Below are positions 49,851 to 63,410 of a DNA stretch of 64,000 nt, piece by piece. The stretch covers positions 186,930,001-186,994,000 of the forward strand of contig NC_058371.1 of NCBI RefSeq assembly GCF_018350175.1, written 5' to 3'. Under the pieces are notes generated by a model. That model had not been told where the DNA came from, made no database searches, and saw only the letters and a list, made by a program, of their open reading frames with translations. Source of the DNA: Felis catus. Its lineage: Eukaryota. The position numbers were made by a program, and so were the translations under genes. Position 1 is the first letter of the stretch. Each line of letters starts with the position of its first letter.

Positions 49851-51799
49851 CTTTCAGAGTCTGGGAGGGTGATGAATGAAACCTGTTTTCTCTCTTCCTC
49901 CCATCTGGCTTCAAACAGCTTTCAGAAGGTATGGAGTCAGCAGAAAATGCTCAGTGCTGAGAACCAGAGAAATCAGGGCATCAAGGGAAAGAGCAGCATC
50001 TGGGCTAGGGTTTGTGCTCTGCGGGAAAGGGTCAGTTGTGGGTCACGAAAAATAAGTCACTAAAGACAAGGACCTTGGGGTGAGGCTGCCAGGAAGACCG
50101 GGTGCTGCTGAAGCCGGCCTGTCTCAGTGAACTGGGAGGTGAGGACCACATCGCTCAAGGTTCCTGGGATCCTACGACAACATCCATCCTGCACTTATTA
50201 AATAAATACATATCATGCTAGGAATTGGGAATATAATGGAGAGCAAAATAAACAGCCCCTTTTTTTGTAGAGCTTAACAGCGCATGTGGAAGACATATCT
50301 TAATCCAATTACCACCCTGTGAGCCTTTAATTACACTCAGTGTAGAGTATTATGGAAGGAAAGACATGGGAACTGTGAGAAAGAACAACACATCAGCTCA
50401 CATTTATTGAGCATTTAGGTACTGATTCAAGCGTTTCATGTATGCATTAAATCAGTTCCTCTTTACAGTAAACCTAGGAGTTAGATATTATCATTGTCCC
50501 CATTTTGCAGATAAGGGAACTGATGTACAGAGAGGTGAGGTAACCTTTACAAAATTCATATAGAAAGTAAGTGGGAGAGTTGGGGTTGGAACCCAAGCAA
50601 GATAACAACAAAAGCAGCATGCCATGTCCTGACGCATGCTCTAATGGAAGAACTAGCTTAGTCAGCAAGAGTGGGAGAACAGGGTGAATGGAGCAGTCTC
50701 CTGGAGCAAACTAGAGCTGAGAGTTCAGCATTCATTGGAGTTATCTACTGACATCAGCCGAGGTTCTCTCTTAATTGTAAGTGACAGAAACTGACGTTGA
50801 TGGATGAAGCATAAAAGGGTCAAGTTGGAGAAGTAGGCTCAAATGAAGCTTCTAGGACCAGGGCCCAAAAGCACAACACAGAACTGGTGGATGGAAGAAA
50901 CTTCTTTAACCGCTAATGACCCAAGGCACTGAGTCCTGCGGTGCATGTTGCTGCCAAGAGCCAACTTTCCTGCAAGCATAGCAGCCACTACTTCTGCACC
51001 AGAAGCTAGACCTTATAACCACTGTCATTCTCAGAAGCCGGATGCCTCTGCTGCCACCCTCACCAGCACAATCAGTTCTGCCTTCCACAAGCTGTTTGCT
51101 TTCAGAGCAAATTCCCAGATGGATAAGTCTGATTGGTGGGACTAGGTCACATGTGTGAGCCCTGGCTCCTACAAAATCTGAGGAACGTCATGCTCTACTT
51201 TGGTTAGACAAAACGCTTGAATCTGGGTGTCCCTCAAATGTAGCAAGAATGTTCAACAAGTACTAGGCACCCCAAAAATGTGACAGATGCCCACTTCACT
51301 AGATGAACAAGGACAAGAGCAATCCAAGGAAAATGAACCACATATGTGAAAGATCAGACATGGGAAAAGTTCACAGCACATTTAAGGAACTCCAAGAAGG
51401 TAGTTCAATGGATCAGAAAGACTTAACAAGAATTTATAGAAACAGAGGGTAGAATGGTGGTTACCAAGGGCTGGGGCAGGGGGATATGGGGAAGGGTTGT
51501 TCAAAAGGTACAAACTTTCAGTTATAAGATGAGTAAGTTTTGAGGAAATGTATGGTGTATATAGTTAATAGTTTGATAATTATACTGTATTATGGACATC
51601 AAAGTTGCTAAGATTTTAAATGGTCTCACCACAAAAAAGAAATGGTTATGGGAAGTAATGGAGGGTGTTAGCTAACGCTACAGTGGGAATCATTTTACAA
51701 TATATAAATGTACCAAGTCAACACACTGTATACCTTAAACTTATACAATGTTATATTTTAGTTATATCTCAAAAAAGCTGAAGGAAAAAAAATAATTGT

Positions 51800-52480
51800 G
51801 GAGAGATAGCCATAAGGCAGGGGACATGCAGGTCCTTATAAAGATTTTAAGGATTTTGATCTTTATCCCAACCACATTAAAAGTCATTGAGGGAGTTTAA
51901 GCAAGGGAGTGACTTTAGCTAATTTGCATTTTTAGAAGATTACCATGACCTCTGTGGAGAATAAATTTGAGTGCAGCAAGAATGGAATCCAAGAGAGTAT
52001 TTAGGCGTGATTGTAATAAATCATGAGGGAGATGACGGGAGCTTGGTCTGGGGTGGTGTAAGTGAAAAGAAGAGAGAATCAGATGGATTAAATAGATATT
52101 CAGATAAAATCAACTGGATTGAACAATTCACTGGAGATCAGTGGTAGAGGAGATAAAGGAGCAAAGATGACACAATTTAATGGATAACATTGAAGTTAGG
52201 GAATCCTGGGTATGGACAAGTTCTGGAGGAAAGGCAGAGAAGATAATGAATCACGCTTTGGTTATGATGATTCGAGGCTTCTTTTTCTGATCTCCAAATG
52301 AAGAGCTGAAAAAGCTCAGGGTAGAGTCCGAGATGAAAATGTAAATTTTGAAGCCATCGTGTAGAGGTGGTAATTGAAACCATGGCTGTTGAACACAATT
52401 TAGAGAATAAGAAAACAAGACGTTGGTGTAAGCCTTATGGTAGCCCAACACTCAAAAATAAGCTGGCAAGGAAAACTGAG
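51800..52480 (-). mobile_element. LINE-2 fragment
   Basis: L2-like motifs AAGGATTTTGATCTTTATCC...TTTAAGCAAGGGAGTGAC...TTTGCATTTTTAGAAGATTAC. A similar remnant lies at ~60900-61560. Confidence 0.65.
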
Positions 52481-53002
52481 GAGGAGGGCCAGAAATATTC
52501 CATGTCCTTTACCTGATACAACCATAGATGACACTTCCTGATAATGTAATTGACCAACGTTACACAGCTAAAATGGGAGAGTTTGGAAATGAACACTATG
52601 GCTATCTTGACTCCACAGCCTATAGCCCTTCCATCGTAATAACATGGAAAGATTGTAAATCTAAGACTGTGGGTGCTATGCCAGGGTCAAGCCACTATGG
52701 GAAGCACATAGCCAGGCTGTGTGAAGAGCATAAAGAGGGTGGAGATGGGGAGGGGCCTCCAACATCTATTCCCTAAGAGCCAAAATCTAGTGCTTTCTCA
52801 AGGCTTCTCTACCCCTTTCATAATCCCCTTATAGCACTCCAGGAAACATTCAGGGTCAAAACCAAAAAACTTGTTCCAGTGAGAAAGAGTAGCACTCAAT
52901 TTAGAGGACAGTAATGGATCCAGATTTTTCTAGGATGATAGTTTTAAAGGGGATCAGGTTATGAAGTTGTGACTACATAGGTAGGGGTCTCTCTTTCATG
53001 CA

Positions 53003-53007
<5 letters not shown>

Positions 53008-53038
<31 letters not shown>

Positions 53039-53223
53039 AGAGAGAGAGACAGGGACAGAGCATGAATGGGGGAGAGCAGAGAGAAGAGAGACACAGAATC
53101 TGAAGCAGGTTCCAGGCTCTGAGCTGACAGCACAGAACCCAACATGGGGCTTAAACCCATGAACTGTGAGCCTATGACCTGAACAAAGTCGGACACTTAA
53201 CCAACTTAGCCACCCAGGAGCCC
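53008..53223 (-). mobile_element. Felid CAN-SINE with 32-T tail
   Basis: TSD CATGCACTCTT at 52997-53007 and 53224-53234. Confidence 0.93.
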
Positions 53224-53784
53224 CATGCACTCTTGAAGTCAGAGTGGTAAGATAGCATGGATTCTTTCCCCTTGGAGCACACTTTGCCAAGGTGCATACT
53301 TTGTTCAAAGTCTCTCTTTTTCCTATCTGACAACAGACTCAGAGCTTCTTGACTTGCTCAGGCTTAGGACACAGGCAGGCTTGGGAGGGGGCTTTGCGGG
53401 TGGAAGGAAAATGCACCCTCTCCTGCTATTTCCTAGGGTGTGATATAGTGGTGTTAGTTTTCATCATATTAGAAGGGATCAGTTCAAAGATCCTAAGATG
53501 AATTTAGCAAAAACTGTGGCCTTTAAGCTTATTTTAACTCTGGGCTTTAGAAGAACTCCAACTTGTCTCTGGGCAAACAACTATGCCATGTGGTTCAGCC
53601 TAGCCCACTAAACTTATGTAGAGAATTGGGAACCATGACCCAATTTAGGTCAAATATCATATGATGAACTCAAAATTTATACTTCTGTCTCTGGCATCTC
53701 CCTTACCCCCAATCTCTATATAGTTGAATAATTAACCTCTCCCCTTTCAATCAAAATGACATTTGAAATTAACATGTATATTTA

Positions 53785-54245
53785 TATGCTAATGTTTAAA
53801 GCAGCATTTTCACAAGAGCCAAAAGATGGAAACAACCCAAATGTCCATCACTGGATGAATGGATAAATAAAACATAGTATATACATACAATGGAATATTG
53901 CTCGGTATTAAAAAAAAGAGAATAAAGTTCTGACTCACTTTACAGTATGATGAACTTTGAAGACATTATGCTTAGTGAAGTAAGCCAAAGAAGTCATATA
54001 TTATATGATTCCATTTGTATGAGGTACCTAGAATGTCAAATTCACAGAGTCAAAGTAGGACAGTAGTTACCAGAAATGGAGGGGAGGAGGCAAAGAGGAG
54101 TTACTGTTTAATGGGCACAGTTTTGATTTAGGGAAGATGAAAAAGTTCTAGACATGGATAGAGGTGAGTACATGAATGTATTCAATGCCACTAACCTGTA
54201 CAGCTGAAAATGGTTAAAATGGTAAATTTTGGTTTTATGTGTTTT
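53785..54245 (+). mobile_element. L1MB-like 3' end
   Basis: GCAGCATTTTCACAAGAGCCAAAAGATGGAAACAACCCAAATGTCCATCA...AAAATGGTTAAAATGGTAAATTTT. Confidence 0.85.
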
Positions 54246-54285
54246 AATTTTGAAATTTTAAAAGTTAATTTTAAAATTAATTTTT

Positions 54286-54522
54286 TTTTTTTTTTTTTTT
54301 TTTTTAATTTTTTTTTTCAACGTTTATTTATTTTTGGGACAGAGAGAGACAGAGCATGAACGGGGGAGGGGCAGAGAGAGAGGGAGACACAGAATCGGAA
54401 ACAGGCTCCAGGCTCTGAGCCATCATCAGCCCAGAGCCCGACGCGGGGCTCGAACTCACGGACCGCGAGATCGTGACCTGGCTGAAGTCAGAGCTTAACC
54501 GACTGCGCCACCCAGGCGCCCC
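54286..54522 (-). mobile_element. Very young felid SINE (SINEC_Fc-like)
   Basis: CpGs retained, 25-T tail, TSD TTAAAATTAATTTTT at 54271-54285 and 54523-54537. Confidence 0.95.
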
Positions 54523-54544
54523 TTAAAATTAATTTTTAATGAAA

Positions 54545-55430
54545 AAAAATTAACACGTATAAAATAGAACTCTTGATTTTTAACCCATTCCTCAAACCTG
54601 CCCCCCTCTGCCAGCTTTTCTAATCCTAGCAAATGGCACCATCCCTCTAATCCTTCACACCAAGCACCTAGAAGTCATGTTGGATTCTCTCTTGGCTGTA
54701 TTCTCTCCCATTGCCAATCTGTAACTGGTTTTGCTTCCATCCATCTCTATCCCCTGAAATGGCCACAGAAGCTTCCTCACTGGTCGCCTGCCATAACTCT
54801 TGCATACAATGTAGCCAGAAAGTGTAAATCTTTGAAAAACCAATTTAGCTTATGTCCTTCCCTGTTTAACTCCTCCACTCAATGGTTTCCTATTTTAGTG
54901 AAAATCTGACATCTTTTTATGACCTTTAAGGCTCCATATGGTTTGGCCTCTGCCTGGCTTTCCTCTGCCTTCTCCTTGCTGTCTTCCACCTCCATTCTCC
55001 AGACACACCGGGCTTCTTTCTCTTCTTGAAATGTGCTGAGCTCTTTTCCATTTTATGACCTTTGCCCCGACTTTCTTCTATGAGGATCACTCCTCTAGGT
55101 TCTCACTTTATGGTCTTTATTGCCAACAATTCTTAACTTAAATTCATCTCCATAAGCTATCTTTTCTGATGGCCCAATTAAAAGTTTTATTCTCAACTAC
55201 CCCATTCTCTCTCATATTATCCTGTACTATTTTCTCTGTGGCCCTTATCATTAAATGAAAATGTCTTATTCATGTATTTACTTATTTTTCATTGTCTATC
55301 TTCCCTGAAAGACTGAAAATCCCATGAGAAACAGGGACATCTGTCTACTGTCTTCGGTATGCCCAATCCTGAGAACAGTACTTAGCCCATAGTGGACGTT
55401 AAATAAATACTTGTTAAAGGAATGAAGAAG
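54545..55430 (+). mobile_element. LINE-2 3' region
   Basis: L2 motifs AAATGGCACCATCC...CACCTAGAAGTCAT..., ending ACAGTACTTAGCCCATAGTGG..AATAAATACTTGTTAAAGGAATGAA. Confidence 0.75.
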
Positions 55431-58400
55431 AGAGGGAGGANNNNNNNNNNNNNNNNNNNNNNNNNNNNNNNNNNNNNNNNNNNNNNNNNNNNNNNNNNNN
55501 NNNNNNNNNNNNNNNNNNNNNNNNNNNNNNNNNNNNNNNNNNNNNNNNNNNNNNNNNNNNNNNNNNNNNNNNNNNNNNNNNNNNNNNNNNNNNNNNNNTT
55601 AATATGATCTTAATAAGACTCTGGTCTCACTATTACCATCTGGATATTAGAATCATAGGATATTCAGGCTGAATAACCAAGACTTCACTGGGTATTGATT
55701 TCAAATCCACACCCAACACCTGAATCCCTGTTACCATGCTGCTGGCTATCCCTATTCCATGGAAACCAAACTCTGCCTCCAGTCCCAACTTGGCGATTCC
55801 AAGTCTCCACCCATTCAGACCTGAGATTCCTAATCACTTTCCATTGGCTTCTTACTCTCCAACATTTCCCCAAAACCTTGTCCACTATTTCAGCTTCTGC
55901 CACCACACTTCCACTCTGATTCCCAATATTTCTCAAAGAACACTTTATTTGGCCCTTAGTTGCACTTCTGGGATAGTCCTCTGGAGTGCTTACCCTTCTT
56001 GAGAACTCTGGGAGATCCTCTTGAGCAATGTCATTCCACTCTCCTGGACACAGTATAAGCTTGAATGGTGGCTCTCGGTTCCAGAAATCCCATAGGGTAC
56101 CAGAGTAGAGCCCCAAGAGAAAACATCCCCCATCATACAACCTTATCCATAGGCCTGAGGTGCCCACTTGGGAATAGCCATCATTTTTTCAGTCCATAAG
56201 AATATTGATCTACTTGTATTTAGAAATAGCCCATCTCTAATAACGATAGCCACGTAAGAATAGCCCTCAAAGGAAGTGATGCCTCAGCTGGTGCCTCAGA
56301 GAGAAATATCAGAGTCCCACCTTCCTATACACAGGTGAAAAGGTAAATTCTAGGTTCTAAGTCTCACTAAGTGCAAAAATAAGCACTATGGGTGAATAAA
56401 AATTGTATAACTGCATATGAGAACAAAACAAACATGTAGTTTTGCTCTAAAACTGATTTAGGGCTTTAGAACTGTGATTTGTCAAACCAAATTCTGAGCA
56501 TGTAGATTAATATTAATACTTCCTTCTTAGTTTCTTTCATTCCTCCCTTTTGTCCACAATATACTTTATTAAGCACCTACTATATGCAAGTTATTGTTTT
56601 AGGCAGAGCGATTCTCATAGAGGAAGGGGAAATCTGATGTAGAATTTACCCTCAAGGTAAAGCAGCCAAGTAGAAGAGAAAAGCTCCCACATAGTTTCTC
56701 TGATTTGTGCATTCACCAAACACCCTTAACTTCCCTTTTGTAACATGAATAAGACATGGAATTAACTATTTGTTCATTTTCTGTCTTCTACTCCCAGGGT
56801 CTAAGTTCTGTGAGGGCATTAAGCACATACATCTTATCCTAGGGAAGGACAGGTGTTTAATGAATATTGCTTAGATGAAAGAAGGACTACAAATGGATAT
56901 AGAACACTGAATATAATGTTACCAATATAAGAATAGATAATAGGTAGTTCTCAAGAAGGCAAGATTATTTTCTTGACCATGATAACAAAATTCAACTCCA
57001 AATTCATCTTGTCCAAATAAAGAAAAAGAAATAACTTCTTCCAATCTGATCAGCTCCCTGCTCATTTTGTATTCTAGACTATCTTTCTGTGATCACAAGC
57101 ACCATGCCTCTTGTCAGTTACTGGAATTTCTATACATATATAATAAATGTTGAATAAATTATATTAAATGTCCCTTAAAAAGTCATTTTCAGTGGAGTCA
57201 ATGCCACCTTTTGCTAATGACAACGGGAGAGGCAGCAAGTGTTAGCATTATCCTCGCCACAAACACACTGCAGGTGCTTGCATACAGTGGCCACTGTAAT
57301 GGCCTAGAGTGAAGAGATACAGGAAAGTGAATAGTAGAGAGCTGAGAAGAAAGAACACTGGCATCTCTTTAAAATGCCACCATGTAAGTTTTCATATTTC
57401 TGGCACCAAGTTCAAGCCCAGGTGGGTACACCTTACCCAGACTGCCCGTTCTGGCCTACTGTAGAAGTCTCGCTAGTCTGCTTGTTAAGGACAATGAAGG
57501 ACACTGCTTGGTGATGTGGCTACAAGCTGTTCAGGGAAGAGACTTTGCTCAGCACATTTCAGCTACTGAGCAAGGTTGGGCTCGTTTCACAGAGCCACAT
57601 AAAATAAATAATCATGCAAAAGCAGATTCGTTCTGATAGGGCTCTGACAGCTGCTCTGAGNNNNNNNNNNNNNNNNNNNNNNNNNNNNNNNNNNNNNNNN
57701 NNNNNNNNNNNNNNNNNNNNNNNNNNNNNNNNNNNNNNNNNNNNNNNNNNNNNNNNNNNNNNNNNNNNNNNNNNNNNNNNNNNNNNNNNNNNNNNNNNNN
57801 NNNNNNNNNNNNNNNNCACCTGCAAAGCTTTAATAAGCTTCCCAAGCAAGTACAATTATAAAATCGCAGGCACCTGAAGAATTTGTCTTCTCTTACACTT
57901 AGCTATGCTCTGCCCACAAACGACTGGTCTCATTCTTTTTAATTATATAGGTTTGTGGTATTTTGTAAGCTGCGATCAATACGTATTCAGAAAATAAAAC
58001 CCCTTATAGACCTCAGCATGAGGCCATGAAATATCTCTCCTCCTAAATTTTAGGGACTCCAACATTATTGCATATAGAACCTTCTAGTCTGCCTGAAAGG
58101 AAAAGCAGCAGTTCAATCATGCAGCCCTGCAAAGACAGGAGAGCATTTGACATGAATTTAGGCTGGGCTTCATTCATCAGCAATGGAAGGGGTAGAGGGG
58201 GTATGAACAGTTTCTCTCACTAGTGCACTCTGTGACTCCACATCCGGTCCAAATGTTTGAGAAGCACAATCTGTTCGTTATTCACTCAACAAATATTCAC
58301 TGAGTAGCAATTATGTGCCAGACACCAGGCTCGGTGTGGTGATTCAGAGATACATAGCACATAGTTTCTGCCTTCAGGAGTCGACGGTCTCATTGGGAAG

Positions 58401-59118
58401 ACTCAAGAAGAACCTTTGGAAGGTTCCATACCTCATGGAAGGTATGAGCCATATCAGTGTTGGAACTCGGCCCACGCCAATTTTAATGGCCTGCCCCAAG
58501 GCCACAGCAGTGTGATACAGTTTGAGGCCATGAGTTCTGTTTCTATCCTTGCCTCTAATCAGCTTATGCACTAACAAGACATGTGTCTCTGAGACTGTTC
58601 ATGTGATCCAGTGATGGGTTTAGAACAGATGACCTTTACAGGTCTATTGGCATTAGAATCCTTCTAGAGTTCTCTCCAAACTAAGAGTCTACATGAAACT
58701 TAGACTTCTTTTATTTCTCTACCCCAAAACAGTGTACAGTGTATATTTTAGGATTTAGAAGTTAATTTTACATAAGTTGGCTTAGCCTAATCATTATGCA
58801 GTGTGACGGAGTAGCTGAGTCTTACTGCTAGGATCCTGTCTTATTCCCCTTGAACCCATAGTCTTGCATCAAAAGAGACTTTGGATTATATCATAGAAGG
58901 ATTATATCATACTCAGCCTTCAAAATGAAGAATATAGGACCAATAATGGTACATGAAACGTACTATGAGATTATGAGATTACATGTAGACCTAGAGACAT
59001 GAAAAAAGTAACTGTTTCTTCCTAAAGGTACTGATGATGCCATTAATAATATGCAAGATGAGCTTTTTTTTTTTTTTTTAACCACAGGTTGTTATTTGAC
59101 AAGTGTACTGAGGACATT

Positions 59119-59249
59119 AAAAAGAGAAAGGAAGGTAGAGAGGGAGGGAGGGAGGGAGGAAATAAAGGAGAGACAAGGCAGAGAGGGAGAGAGGAGGTGG
59201 GAGAAAAGGAGGGGAAAAGGGAGGGAGGGAGAGAAGAAGGCAGAGAAAC
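59119..59249. repeat. Polypurine (GA-rich) low-complexity tract
   Basis: About 130 nt of almost exclusively A/G. Confidence 0.9.
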
Positions 59250-59483
59250 ACGTACTTCCTACAACCAACACTGTCACCAAGCTTTTTATCTCCAGGCTCT
59301 CAACAATGATTCACAATATGTAGCCAGGCCATTACCTTTCAAGGCTTTTTAGCCTCAAGGAGAACAGCAGAGGATTACCAAAGGTGGCACCTGATACTGC
59401 CCAGGCACACAGAAAAAGGGACAGCTATGATTTGTTGCTAAAAATCACATTGTTCACAACAACCCTTAAAGACTGATGCTGTT

Positions 59484-59687
59484 GGATCACCTGGGTGGCT
59501 CAGTCAGTTAAGCATCTGACTCTTGACTTAGACTCAGGTCATGATCTTGCAGTTTGTGAGATCAAGCCCCTCATGGGGCTCCATGCTAACAGTGCAGAGC
59601 CTGCTTGGTATTCTCTCTCCCTCTCTGCCCCTCCCCCACTCATGCTTGCTCACTCTCTTTCTCTCAAAATAAAATAAATAAACTTAA
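59484..59687 (+). mobile_element. CAN-SINE
   Basis: TSD AAAGACTGATGCTGTT at 59468-59483 and 59688-59703. Confidence 0.93.
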
Positions 59688-62589
59688 AAAGACTGATGCT
59701 GTTATGTCCATTATACGGATAAAGAAAATAAATTTCAGAGAAAGTGTTCTCAAGGTGAGCAAGAGAACAGGTAACAGAGAAAGGATGAAGACCCAGCTCT
59801 CTGCTTCCAAAGTCCATGCTCTTTCCAAGACCCTATCTTGAGTCTTGTCTTCTTTTTAATTCATCTTCATGACACCCCTGCTCAGGAGGTGGAGAATAGC
59901 CATTTTTGTCTCTGTTTTACCTATGCTTTGAAAGACTGATGATCACAGTCATACATGTGGCCATAGCAGACGAAGTGTCAAAGGAATTCTGGACAGGTAC
60001 CTGACACTGAGGATGTCACTGACAGGTACAGGTCCAACCGATGTCTCTTTTTATTTGACCTCACTGTCTGTCATGTATCAGTTAATCTTTTCTGGTGTGA
60101 GTATTAAAAAGACAAAAATATTCCTAAGAGGTGTCAGCAGAAAGGGAGAGAGAGAATTAAAAACCTTTGTTTTACTATGAAATATAGGCAGAGAAAACCA
60201 TCATTCACAGAGAAGATGGAATCAACAGATTTTTGTTTTCTCTGGCTTATGGTAGAACTCTACATTCTCCAAACTCCATTGTTTTTATTGATAAATATTG
60301 GCTTTGTTTGAATTTTAATAAATCCATTTTTTTATGAGATACTTCACTAAGGTCCAAAAAAACTACAGACCACCTCTCCCACCCAGCTTTTCACTGACCA
60401 CCTCCACAAACAACTGTCTTCAGTGACGAATGGGGTGAATTTACTTCTATTTTGAAGCTAATAAGACAGCAGTAATTTAAATTTACTGGGTGTTTACTGG
60501 ATATCAAGTACTGTTTTAAGAGTTTTATATGCATATTTCATTTGCCCTTTACAGCAACAAGATAGATACTCTTATTATTCTCATCTTAAAGCAGAGAAAA
60601 ATGAGTCTTGGGGAGGCTGTATCATTTGCCCAAGCTCATGAATGAGATAATACATCTCAAGTATGGTCTCCTTTGTAAGCCTCTTGTAGAGTGGAGTGGA
60701 TTAACAACTTGGAAATGATTCTGGAAGGACAACTACATCATCTGATTTTTATTTAATATAATATTTATTCTTTAATTCAATCAACATTTTTTTCCCAAGC
60801 CACTGAAAATGCAGAAACAAGTAGGATGAGATGAAAATCCCAAAGGGTTCCTCTGTCTTACAAAGAAAAAATACATAAAGGAGTAGTTATGAAACAATGC
60901 AATCAGGACAAACACTGGGTATCATGGGGGCACAGAAGAGAAACTCCTACTCAGTGAGGATATTGGGAAAAGGAGACATCAGACCCTCTTTGGTTTAAAT
61001 AATGCTAGAATAACCTTGAAGGGCAAGTAGAAGATAATGAGGAACAAAGGGTCAGAAAGCACAAGTAAAAGACAAGGACATGTTCTGGCAACTACATCTA
61101 ATTGGATGTGACACGAGGCATTGAAAAAGGCAAAGGGCCAAGAGTAACCCTGGGAAAGTGTGTAAAAAGTGTGTAAAAAGCCATGCCATTCAAGACCTTG
61201 CTTGCCATGCTAATAAATTGGAATTTGATGCTGAAGGCAATGGGCAATGAAAAACCACTAGGGAGGTTTAAGTAGGAGTAAAAGAAGACTGAATTTGCAT
61301 GTTAGAACAATTGTTCCTCCAGCCGACTAGAGACTGGAGTCAGGGAGGCCAGCTAGGAGGCTGCTAGAGCCTTATATTTAAGGAAATTGCAGTGGGATAA
61401 GAAGGAGGAACCAGATACTAGAGATATTAAGAAGAATCAAATCTTACAGCCAACTAATTGGGACGAAGGATTTAATATGGCTGGCTCCCACTTTTATAGC
61501 TGTGTCTGTTGGGTTAACGAGAAAGAGAGAATTCAATAGAAGGATCAGGTTTGAGGAATTAAGAATGATAATTAACAAGGAACTTTACAAATGAAATGGA
61601 CAGATACGATTTTATTTTTCCTTTAAACAACCCTCTGAGGTTGGCAATCCTCATCTCAAATGGGAGCCCTGAGCAGAGAGGTCAAGGGACTTGTTCAAGC
61701 TCCCACAAGTATTAGAGGGAAGAACTAGAATTCGAACCCTTTCCAAATTCCATTTTGGAGATTTAGAGCCATTGTCCACTATGTAATCTGACACATAACA
61801 ACAGTAGCAGAGTAATAAGGATGATAGCTAATGTGTGTTGAATACCCAGGTTCTCTTCTCAGAACTTTGTATTTATCAACCCATTGACTCCTCAGCACAA
61901 CCATATGCAGTAGGTATTGTTATCTCCACTTTACAGAAGCAAAGGGACACGAAGAGGTGCCAGCTGTAAGCTGCATCCGCCACGATATATACTTGTTGCC
62001 ATTTCCCCTGTGGGGCGGATCCAAGCACCATGGCAAACTGAACCACACAGCCGCCAGTTCATGGCTTGTGTTCCTCACCAGACATCTTGTTTCTTTCGGA
62101 GCCTGTGGTTTAGGGGAAAATCCAGACCCAGGCCCTCATTGTTTTAACCCATATATGAAAGATGAGAACCATCTTCCCCCAACTCCAATTCCTTGAGTTT
62201 ACCGGCGAGGGTGTCCAGGACTTCCTTACTAGGCTGCCAGTGTTGACTTCTGAAAGCGAGAGCCAGGCTCTGTTGATCCAGTTTGAGTTTTCAATAGGGA
62301 ACCATTTTCTAGCAGCTTATGTGTGCTGGGCTGTGCTGTCCTGGAGCGGGATAAACAACCTCAGGCCTGACTGCCCAATGCATCAGGCTGTGGAAACAGC
62401 CCTCCAGAGGACACTACTCACCAAAATCCCATTAGCCAATTACTCAGAGCCCGTTTAGTAAATGAGCTCTTTCTGTGTACTAATTGGAGCCCTGTAAAAG
62501 TAAATTTGCAGGAAGAAGCTAGCTCTCTGTGGCCAGATTCCTTTCTCTGGCACACCCCAGAATCGGGGGTCCTGGAGAGGCAGAATGAC

Positions 62590-62810
62590 TTGGTACGGCC
62601 ACAGGCTCTAAGCCTGCACTGCCTAGATTCAAACCCCAGTTCTGGTACTTCCCACCTATGTGGCCATCAGGAAATTCTTCTGGCCTCAGTTTCCTCATCA
62701 GTGAAGTGAGATTATAGGGCCGATATCATGGGATTTGGGGGGCTCAGATGATGTAATACACCTGTGCCCAGCACATGTGAACTATTCAATAAATGTTATG
62801 TGATACTGTT
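62590..62810 (+). mobile_element. MIR SINE (further MIR remnants near 7620, 11230, 35900, 38290, 40800, 46550, 49660, 50400, 60480, 61600, 61820)
   Basis: MIR core: GATTCAAACCCCAGTTCT...GCCTCAGTTTCCTCATCAGTGAAGTGAG...TGCCCAGCACATG...TTCAATAAATGTTA. Confidence 0.75.
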
Positions 62811-62861
62811 TCCTGCTCTTGCTTGTATTACTTCCAAAGAATGTAATATAAAAAAGTGACA

Positions 62862-63066
62862 GGGGCGCCTGGGTGGCTCAGTCGGTTAAGCGTTCAACTT
62901 CGGCTCAGGTCACCATCTCGCGGTTCGTGAGTTTGAGCCCCGCATCGGGCTCTGTGCTGGCAGCTCGGAGCCTGGAGCCTGCTTCAGATTCTGTGTCCCC
63001 CTCTCTCTGTGGCCCTTCCCCTCTCAAGCTCTGTCTCTCTCAAAAATAAACATTAATTTTTTTTTT
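62862..63066 (+). mobile_element. Young felid SINE
   Basis: CpG-rich. TSD AAAGTGACAGG at 62853-62863 and 63067-63077. Confidence 0.93.
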
Positions 63067-63190
63067 AAAGTGACAGGAAGCAGTATAAATTTACTCAGGT
63101 TTAATTACTGAAGTTTGACTAAATATATTTACACAAGCTATCTGTGATGTCTGCTATACTCCTAATTTGGCAATTAAGATATATTTTATT

Positions 63191-63410
63191 GGGGCGCCTG
63201 GGTGGCGCAGTCGGTTAAGCGTCCGACTTCAGCCAGGTCACGATCTCGTGGTCCGTTAGTTCAAGCCCTGCGTCGGGCTCTGGGCTGATGGCTCGGAGCC
63301 TGGAGCCTGTTTCCGATTCTGTGTCTCCCTCTCTCTCTGCCCCTCCCCCGTTCATGCTCTCTCTCTGTCCCAAAAATAAATAAACGTTGAAAAAAAATTT
63401 TTTTTTAAAA
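63191..63410 (+). mobile_element. Young felid SINE (SINEC_Fc-like)
   Basis: TSD AAGATATATTTTATT at 63176-63190 and 63411-63425. Confidence 0.94.

Noticed and set aside
49713-50063. Poly-Leu, signal-peptide-like 116-aa ORF
   Set aside because: Produced by a (TTG)n microsatellite at the end of a MIR; GTG start and no recognisable homology.
55685-56167. 160-aa minus-strand ORF
   Set aside because: GTG start and no recognisable domain or GH1 similarity. A chance ORF or old repeat is likely; a tBLASTn or PhyloCSF check would settle it.
5406-57877. Long X-containing ORFs near 5.4, 8.3, 8.7, 21.9, 33.6, 35.1, 39.9, 55.4 and 57.6 kb
   Set aside because: They are artefacts of N-runs, which contain no stop codons.
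59051-59352. Arg/Glu/Gly-rich ORFs
   Set aside because: Translations of a polypurine low-complexity tract.
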